This document shows, piece by piece, positions 58,025-64,000 of a stretch of DNA of 64,000 nt. This DNA is from Clostridia bacterium. GTDB lineage: Bacteria > Bacillota > Clostridia > Oscillospirales > CAG-272. A program made the translations under genes and the position numbers. Positions within the stretch are counted from its first letter, which is position 1; the number at the start of each line of letters is the position of its first letter. Where the stretch lies: positions 25 to 64,024 of the forward strand of contig JAFQWY010000044.1 in NCBI GenBank assembly GCA_017407225.1, written 5' to 3'. The notes below the pieces were generated by a model. That model was not told the origin of the DNA, made no database searches, and saw only the letters and a program-made list of their open reading frames with translations.

Positions 58025-59359
58025 ATGAAAAACCCCATTACCCCCGCAGATCTCGCGAAATACACGGCTTATCATGAAGCGGACGCCGTTCGTCAGGCTA
58101 TGACCTCCGTTTTCGCGAAAACCAACATGAACGACATGGCATTCGTCACCAAGAAGGCGAAGACCATGCAGTTCTTCTTCAATCATGACATCAAGACCAT
58201 GGGCGCCACCAACCAGCAGGGAAGCGGCCGCTGCTGGCTCTTTGCCGCTACCAATGTGCTCCGCGAAATCATCGCGAAGAAGCTGAACGTGGAAAACTTC
58301 GAGCTGTCCCAGTCCTATCTCGCGTTCTGGGATAAGTTCGAGAGAGTCAACTACTACATAGAATCCATTATTGACACCGCAGGAGAAGCGTACAACTCCC
58401 GTCTGGTTGACAATATCGTTGCCACCGGTGTACACGACGGCGGTCAGTGGGATATGTTCGTGAATATTGTGAAGAAGTACGGTATTCTCCCGAAGGTATG
58501 CTATCCCGAAACTGCTCAGTCCTCCGGCACCGGCAACCTGAACAAGCACATCAACCTGTACCTGCGGGCAAAGACTCCCCTTCTCCGCAAGTACGCGAAC
58601 GAAGGCGACACCGCAGCTCTGGATGCCCTGCGCACCGAGATGCTGGAAAAGGTTTACTCCTTCCTCTGCGCCTGCTACGATGTTCCCCCCACCGAATTCG
58701 ACTTTGAATACCAGGACAAGGACAAGAAGGTCATCGTGGAAAAGGGTCTGACTCCCCTCTCCTTCTTTGAAAAGTACATCGGCGACTATCTGGACGACTA
58801 TGTTTCCATCATCCACGCTCCCACCGAAGACAAGCCCTTCGGCAGGACCTACACCGTCAAGTTCCTCGGCAACGTGGTGGGCGGCGGCAAGGTTCTGTAC
58901 CTGAATGTACCCATGGACGACTTCAAGAAGATGGTCATCGACCAGATCAAGGACGGCGAAATCGTATGGTTCGGCTCCGACTGCGGCAAGTACAACGACG
59001 GCTCCAAGGCGTGCTGGGACATCGAACAGTACAATGAAGCTGCCGTCACCGGTCTGGATATCGGCATGACCAAGGAAGATATGCTGAACTACCACGTAAG
59101 CCAGATGAACCACGCAATGTGCCTCACCGGCGTGAACATTGACGAGGAAACCGGCAGATCCAACCGCTGGAAGATCGAAAACAGCTGGGGTACCGGCGGT
59201 GCTCACGCGGGCTACCACATGGCATCCGACGCATGGTTCGATTACTATGTATATCAGGCAGTGGTCAACAAGAAGTATCTCGGCGGCTACGCGGCTGCCC
59301 TTGAGGGCGATCCCATCGAGCTGGAACCCTGGGATCCCATGGGAAGTCTTGCGGACTGA
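58025..59359 (+). CDS. pepC: Aminopeptidase C (bleomycin hydrolase-type C1 cysteine peptidase)
   Basis: NQQGSGRCWLFAATN carries the catalytic Cys, and HAMCLTGV carries the His. The 444-aa size and the ENSWG motif also fit. Confidence 0.9.
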   Translation: MKNPITPADLAKYTAYHEADAVRQAMTSVFAKTNMNDMAFVTKKAKTMQFFFNHDIKTMGATNQQGSGRCWLFAATNVLREIIAKKLNVENFELSQSYLAFWDKFERVNYYIESIIDTAGEAYNSRLVDNIVATGVHDGGQWDMFVNIVKKYGILPKVCYPETAQSSGTGNLNKHINLYLRAKTPLLRKYANEGDTAALDALRTEMLEKVYSFLCACYDVPPTEFDFEYQDKDKKVIVEKGLTPLSFFEKYIGDYLDDYVSIIHAPTEDKPFGRTYTVKFLGNVVGGGKVLYLNVPMDDFKKMVIDQIKDGEIVWFGSDCGKYNDGSKACWDIEQYNEAAVTGLDIGMTKEDMLNYHVSQMNHAMCLTGVNIDEETGRSNRWKIENSWGTGGAHAGYHMASDAWFDYYVYQAVVNKKYLGGYAAALEGDPIELEPWDPMGSLAD

Positions 59360-59380
59360 AGATGATAGGGAGAACACACT

Positions 59381-60886
59381 GTGAAAAGAACTTTTACATT
59401 CCTGCTGGCTCTGCTTCTTCTCCTGCAGACAACTGCCTGTGCATCCGAAAATCCTGAAACACCCGAAACAGATGCTCCGGCAGCGGAAACAGGCGTTACC
59501 GCTTCGGATGAAACAGTAACGGAAGAAACCGAAGCAGGACTTGTGAAGGATGATCTTCCGGAGGATCTTGATTTTGATGGCGAGACCGTTACCATTCACA
59601 TCCGCAACGGGGACCAGGGAGATCCGGAAGGAAACTGCATCATGGAAATGACGGTCGAAGAGCTTAACGGCGAGATCCTGAATGATGCAATTTTCAACCG
59701 CAACATTGCGGTCAACGAGCGTCTCGATGTCAGGATCACTCCTTATGTCAGTTATGACTGGACCGGATATCAAGAAGCGCTGAACGAAATCCGGACAAGC
59801 GTCAATGCCGGTGAGGATGCTTACGATATTATCGCAGGATGGTGCAACAGTGATCTGGTTTCCCTTGCGGCGGACGGCTGCTTCCTTGATCTTGCCGGTG
59901 CGCCGTATCTTGACCCGGGAAAGCCCTGGTGGAATCAGTCGCTGGGATCCCAGAACATTTTCGGCGGTCAGAAATACTTTATGACGGGGGAAGCCAATAT
60001 TCTCACTTCTCTCGGCTGCGCCATGGGTGTATTTGTAAATGAAAAGATTGCCTCCGATTATCAGCTCGGAAATTTTGCGGATTATGTCCTCGAAGGAACA
60101 TGGACCATTGACAGGATGAGTGAAATCACGGAGATGGTATTCGAAGATCTCAACGGAAACAATACCAAGGATGCGGCTGACCGTGTCGGCAGTGTTCTCA
60201 CCGACTATCTGGCGGCTGATGCTTTCTACACTTCTTTTGATATGCATCAGATTAAGATTGACAATGACGGCAATGTGGCCTACGAACCCGATATGGAACG
60301 GATCCATGATGCGGTTACAAAGATCAACGATCTTCACTGGAATAATCCCGGCGGTCTCGGCGGGGTGAGCAACACCGCTTTCAGAAAGATTTTTCTCGAG
60401 GGCAGAGCTCTGATGTCAATCGATTTTATTGAAGCTTCCCGCGAGGAGCTCAGATTGATGGAAGATACCTACTACATCATTCCGACTCCCAAATTCGATG
60501 AAAAGCAGGATCGGTACTATACCTATTTCTTCAACGATATGACGGTTCTTTCCGTACCTGTAACCAATCTGCAGGAAGAGGCGGCTTATGCAACCATGGA
60601 AGCCCTTTCTTCGGAGAGTTATTTCCGTGTAACGCCGGTATTCTTCGAAGATTGTATGCAGAGCAAATATGCGCGCACCGAAGTCACACGGCAGATGCTG
60701 GAGCTTATCCGGGAAACCTGCTACGTTGACTATGAGTATGTGTACGGAAGACTGTTCAACACACCCGCATTCATTTTCCGGAATCTGGTAATGGGCGGCA
60801 GCAATGATTCCGCCTCCATGATTGCAAGAAACAGTAAACTGGTTGAGAAGCTGATTCAGAGAGCCTACGACAGTTTCGCGGACTGA
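59381..60886 (+). CDS. Large extracellular solute-binding-type lipoprotein (paralogue of 12089..13558)
   Basis: Lipobox QTTACAS. The shared block is EELNGEILNDAIFNRNIAVNERLDV versus EELTGDDFNDAIFNRNERIMDKFNI. Confidence 0.6.
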   Translation: MKRTFTFLLALLLLLQTTACASENPETPETDAPAAETGVTASDETVTEETEAGLVKDDLPEDLDFDGETVTIHIRNGDQGDPEGNCIMEMTVEELNGEILNDAIFNRNIAVNERLDVRITPYVSYDWTGYQEALNEIRTSVNAGEDAYDIIAGWCNSDLVSLAADGCFLDLAGAPYLDPGKPWWNQSLGSQNIFGGQKYFMTGEANILTSLGCAMGVFVNEKIASDYQLGNFADYVLEGTWTIDRMSEITEMVFEDLNGNNTKDAADRVGSVLTDYLAADAFYTSFDMHQIKIDNDGNVAYEPDMERIHDAVTKINDLHWNNPGGLGGVSNTAFRKIFLEGRALMSIDFIEASREELRLMEDTYYIIPTPKFDEKQDRYYTYFFNDMTVLSVPVTNLQEEAAYATMEALSSESYFRVTPVFFEDCMQSKYARTEVTRQMLELIRETCYVDYEYVYGRLFNTPAFIFRNLVMGGSNDSASMIARNSKLVEKLIQRAYDSFAD

Positions 60887-60918
60887 TGATATTCGACATC
60901 CGATTAAGAGGTGATATT

Positions 60919-61791
60919 ATGAAAGACACAAAGCTTTGCGGCATCATGCCTGCGCTGATGACCGCGTTCAATGATTACGGTGTGGATACCCAGAAGGTGG
61001 CGGCTCACTCCAAGTGGCTGGCTGACAGCGGTGTGCACGGTCTTTATGTGGGCGGATCTTCCGGTGAAATGATCCTCATGACCGAGGACGAACGGAAGTG
61101 CCTGCTGGAAACCGTTGTAGGCGCAGTCGGCGACAGACTGACCATCATCGCGCACGTGGGCACCACATCCACCAGAGGAACTCTGGAGCTGGCACGCCAT
61201 GCTGCAAAATGCGGCGCACACGCTCTCTCCTCCGTGACTCCCCTGTACTACAAGTACAGCTATAAGGAAGTCAAGCACTACTACGAACAGATTGCGGCGG
61301 AAACCGATCTGCCCGTGATCATCTACAACATCCCCGCGCTGACCGGAACCACGCTGAACTACGATCAGCTGTGTGAAATTCTGTCCATCCCCGGTGTGGG
61401 CGGCATGAAGTTCACCTCCTCCGACTTCTTCCAGCTGGAAAGAATCCGCGCGGCGTTCCCGGACAAGGTATTCTACAACGGCTCCGACGAAATGCTCCTC
61501 TCCGGTCTTGCGGCAGGAGCTGACGGCGGCATCGGCACCACCTACAACTATCAGCCCTCCCGGATTCTGGGCGTGTACAACGAATTCCATAAGGGCAACA
61601 TGGCAAAGGCTCTGGAATATCAGGCAAAGGCAAACGAAACCATCGCGAAGATTCTGAAGTACGGTGTGCTTCCTTCCTGCAAGATGATCATGAAGCTCAA
61701 CGGCATGGACTACGGTACCTGCCGCGAACCCTTCATGCCTCTGGACGAAGCGGCCATTGAAGATCTGAAGACCGTGACTCTCGCGGACTGA
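60919..61791 (+). CDS. nanA: N-acetylneuraminate lyase / DHDPS-family aldolase
   Basis: The start MKDTKLCGIMPALMTAF has AAGAGG upstream. GLYVGGSSGE, IIYNIP and the Schiff-base lysine context GGMKFTSSD resemble NanA more than DapA. Confidence 0.7.
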   Translation: MKDTKLCGIMPALMTAFNDYGVDTQKVAAHSKWLADSGVHGLYVGGSSGEMILMTEDERKCLLETVVGAVGDRLTIIAHVGTTSTRGTLELARHAAKCGAHALSSVTPLYYKYSYKEVKHYYEQIAAETDLPVIIYNIPALTGTTLNYDQLCEILSIPGVGGMKFTSSDFFQLERIRAAFPDKVFYNGSDEMLLSGLAAGADGGIGTTYNYQPSRILGVYNEFHKGNMAKALEYQAKANETIAKILKYGVLPSCKMIMKLNGMDYGTCREPFMPLDEAAIEDLKTVTLAD

Positions 61792-61807
61792 CATCAATCA
61801 AGCAAAA

Positions 61808-61837
61808 CGGTATCTCCTTCCCGGGGATGCCGTTTTT
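61808..61837 (+). terminator. Intrinsic terminator after the nanA-like gene
   Basis: CGGTATCTCC (61808-61817) pairs with GGGGATGCCG (61823-61832) with two G-U pairs, followed by TTTTT. Confidence 0.7.
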
Positions 61838-61842
61838 GCTTG

Positions 61843-61877
61843 GATAAGAGATAAGAGAGAATAGATAATAGATAATA
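61843..61877 (+). repeat. Purine-rich heptad array (GATAAGA GATAAGA GAGAATA GATAATA GATAATA)
   Basis: Five perfect-period 7-nt units are followed by AATCTGA. This is the best-preserved copy of the family. Confidence 0.9.
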
Positions 61878-61963
61878 AATCTGATTTGTTCATTCTGCGT
61901 TCATATCGGCGTGGTACAATAAACTTTAATGCATTCATACAAAATACAATATCGGAGGTATTT

Positions 61964-62173
61964 ATGGGACGTATCTGGCCTTATGCGTGGGCGTTTGCCA
62001 TTATGTGCTTCATCTACGCGGGATGCAAAATCGCCGGTCTGGAATGGGCGGCGGAAAGAAGCTGGACGGAAGTGATTTTCTTCGTCTGCGTATCCGTTGT
62101 CATCATTGTCTGCTTCTTCCTGCGGCACAGGATCGCGGCTCTTTACGCAAAAATCAAGGACAAAATGTCATAA
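61964..62173 (+). CDS. Small two-TM membrane protein (69 aa)
   Basis: The internal start MGRIWPYAWAFAIMCFIYAG has GGAGGT 6 nt upstream. A second TM segment is VIFFVCVSVVIIVCFFL. Confidence 0.55.
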   Translation: MGRIWPYAWAFAIMCFIYAGCKIAGLEWAAERSWTEVIFFVCVSVVIIVCFFLRHRIAALYAKIKDKMS

Positions 62174-62197
62174 GCGTACTGCAGAGAGGTTTTTATC

Positions 62198-63079
62198 ATG
62201 TACATTGACAACAGGAACCGGAAATGGTTCAAGGGCAACCTGCACACCCACACCAACCGCTCCGACGGACGGCTTTCTCCCGAGGAATCCGTCGCCCTTT
62301 ACCGGGAGCACGGCTACGACTTCATGGCACTCACCGATCACTGGAAGCTGTCCGGGAATGCCGTTCACGAAAACGGAATGCTTCTGCTGTCCGGGTGCGA
62401 ATACGACTTCGGTCAGAACGTCCGGGACGGCATTTTCCACATCGTCGCCGTCGGATGCGGAACCGAACCTGCGCTGACCCGTCAGAACACCCCCAAAGAA
62501 GCCATTGACGAAATCCACCGCTGCGGCGGCGTGGCGAATCTGGCGCATCCCTGCTGGTCCATGAACACCCTTGACCAGCTGATGCCCCTTGCGGATGATG
62601 TGGATTTCACCGAAATTTTCAATTCCGTATCCGATCTGCCCAGAAACTGCCGTCCCTATTCCGGCGACATCGTGGACAAGCTGGCGGCACGGGGCGTTTA
62701 CTGGGGCATTGCGGCCACTGACGACACCCACTGGTACGGGGATACCGATACCTGCCGCAGCTTCATCTGGGTGAACGCGGAGGAATGCACCAGGGAAGCA
62801 ATTCTCGACGCCATCCGGGCGAAGAATTACTATGCATCCCAGGGTCCCCGCATGGAAGTGACCTTTGACGGGAAGAAGCTGCGCGTGACCTGCCTCCCCG
62901 AGGATCACATCACCTCCGTCATGTACTACACCGACTGGGTATGGGAAAATCACCGGGGCGACGTGGGCACCGACCTCACCGGATCCGAATATGAATTCAC
63001 CCCGAAGGACTCCGTGGCACGGGTGGAAATCACCGACGCCGAGGGCAGACGGGCCTGGTCCCAGGTTTATCATATCTGA
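62198..63079 (+). CDS. PHP-domain metal-dependent phosphoesterase
   Basis: GNLHTHTNRSDGRLSPEE..GYDFMALTDH .. FHIVAVG .. ATDDTH. It is a paralogue of the catalytic part of 4966..6330. Confidence 0.75.
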   Translation: MYIDNRNRKWFKGNLHTHTNRSDGRLSPEESVALYREHGYDFMALTDHWKLSGNAVHENGMLLLSGCEYDFGQNVRDGIFHIVAVGCGTEPALTRQNTPKEAIDEIHRCGGVANLAHPCWSMNTLDQLMPLADDVDFTEIFNSVSDLPRNCRPYSGDIVDKLAARGVYWGIAATDDTHWYGDTDTCRSFIWVNAEECTREAILDAIRAKNYYASQGPRMEVTFDGKKLRVTCLPEDHITSVMYYTDWVWENHRGDVGTDLTGSEYEFTPKDSVARVEITDAEGRRAWSQVYHI

Positions 63080-63193
63080 CTGTTCCGGGCGGATCTGAGT
63101 CACATATTTTGGAACTTATTGCCCGTTGACAAATCACCAAAACCATGGTATACTTGTCTGGATTGATAAGTCAACATCAAGGAAGGTGATCCG

Positions 63194-63661
63194 ATGCCGG
63201 AATTCATGAATGTGAACGACCGTTTCATGCGGTTTTCCATCGCTATGGAAACGATCTCGAAAAATGTGCAGAAATACAAGAATGAGCAGCTTTTTCCCTT
63301 CGGGCTGAAGAGTATGCATCTGATGTTCCTGTACTGTCTGGGACAGGCCGGGGATGGTCTGACCGCAACCGAGCTTTCAAAGAGCTGCGGGGTTGACAAG
63401 GCATTCATTTCCCGGATGGCGACGGATCTCCGCTCCATGGGCTACATCGGCTGCGCGGATCAGGAAGGCGGACACTACAAGAAACGACTGGAACTGACCG
63501 AAAGCGGACGCGAAATCATCAGAGAGATCAGCGAACGGATCGATGCGGCAGTGGAAAAGGTGACAGCGAACATACCCCGGGAGCATCTGGAGGTATTCTA
63601 CTCGGTTCTGGAACAGATGAACGGGAATATCAGCGGACTTCTGGAAAACCAGGCGGAATAA
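63194..63661 (+). CDS. MarR-family transcriptional regulator
   Basis: A 155-aa protein with a winged-helix segment LTATELSKSCGVDKAFISRMATDLRSMGYI. Confidence 0.8.
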   Translation: MPEFMNVNDRFMRFSIAMETISKNVQKYKNEQLFPFGLKSMHLMFLYCLGQAGDGLTATELSKSCGVDKAFISRMATDLRSMGYIGCADQEGGHYKKRLELTESGREIIREISERIDAAVEKVTANIPREHLEVFYSVLEQMNGNISGLLENQAE

Positions 63662-63718
63662 GATCAGCCCGCGGCACTTGCGCAATAACAAAATTTTGAA
63701 TTAACGGTGAGCAGAATT

Positions 63719-64000
63719 ATGAAAGAATTAAAGAAGCAGTACAAGATCCCCAGCAAGAAAAAATTCGACCATCCCTATCACGAAGTTGCGAACGTAGCGG
63801 AACACATCGAGGTGCTGGCGAACCACGGCGACCGCATTTTATACGCATGGCCCGAAAAGGATGAGGTCCGCGAACTCACTTATGCGGACTTCGCTCAGAC
63901 CGTAAAGGATCTGACCATGGGTCTGGCTGAAATCTACGGTCAGGGCGCGGGCAGAAAGATCACCATCATCGGTGAAACCGCGGCGCGCTGGGTTGCGGCT
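63719..64000 (+). CDS. Probable AMP-dependent synthetase/ligase (long-chain acyl-CoA synthetase-like), N-terminal fragment
   Basis: The ATG at 63719 follows GGTGAG and the frame is open to the window edge. ...LTYADFAQTVKDLTMGLAEIYG...ITIIGETAARWVA resembles the N-terminus of FadD-like ligases. The call is weak because only 94 codons are visible. Confidence 0.45.
   Translation, partial: MKELKKQYKIPSKKKFDHPYHEVANVAEHIEVLANHGDRILYAWPEKDEVRELTYADFAQTVKDLTMGLAEIYGQGAGRKITIIGETAARWVAA

Overview
This is a 64-kb chromosomal segment that looks like a G+C-rich, anaerobic Firmicutes/Clostridia genome. That placement is inferred from gene content: an SLH-type S-layer protein, CsaB, a glycyl-radical enzyme, BcrAD/BadFG activases, and Firmicute-style RBS and sigma-A promoters. 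Most of the window is ordinary metabolism, transport and envelope genes.

Genes recognised from motifs:
- Metabolism: cysK-like PLP enzyme, HMGL/Re-citrate-synthase-like enzyme, xpt, ribokinase, ruvX, GH5, pepC, nanA-like lyase.
- Transport: potABCD, a BMP/nucleoside ABC operon, TrkH/KtrB, OadB/OadG-like subunits.
- Regulation: an ECF sigma/anti-sigma pair and a MarR regulator.
- Cell envelope locus: amidase, SLH S-layer protein, CotH, YgiQ and a GT4-CsaB fusion.

I saw no rRNA, tRNA or CRISPR array.

The unusual content is non-coding or mobile:
1. A RAYT-type (REP-associated tyrosine transposase) HUH gene at 912-1694 carries the genome's 26-nt REP sequence inside its own ORF. The REP occurs in both orientations as in-frame tandem arrays. 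The same REP also occurs as a single copy and as two REPIN-like doublets that bracket the ECF sigma module.
2. A roughly 270-300-nt intergenic repeat family is present in four copies, two of them forming a 577-bp inverted pair. Its hairpins keep their pairing through compensatory changes.
3. A purine-rich heptad array, about 5 x GATAAGA-like units, occurs at four intergenic sites.
4. A roughly 1.5-kb low-GC single-gene cassette is flanked by perfect 15-bp direct repeats. It carries its own promoter and a structured leader with an intrinsic terminator.
5. A 20-bp-period direct-repeat array plus a palindrome sits upstream of the nucleoside ABC operon.

All product calls come from motif recognition by eye. 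I ran no BLAST, HMM or folding, so family assignments and RNA structures are hypotheses to verify.
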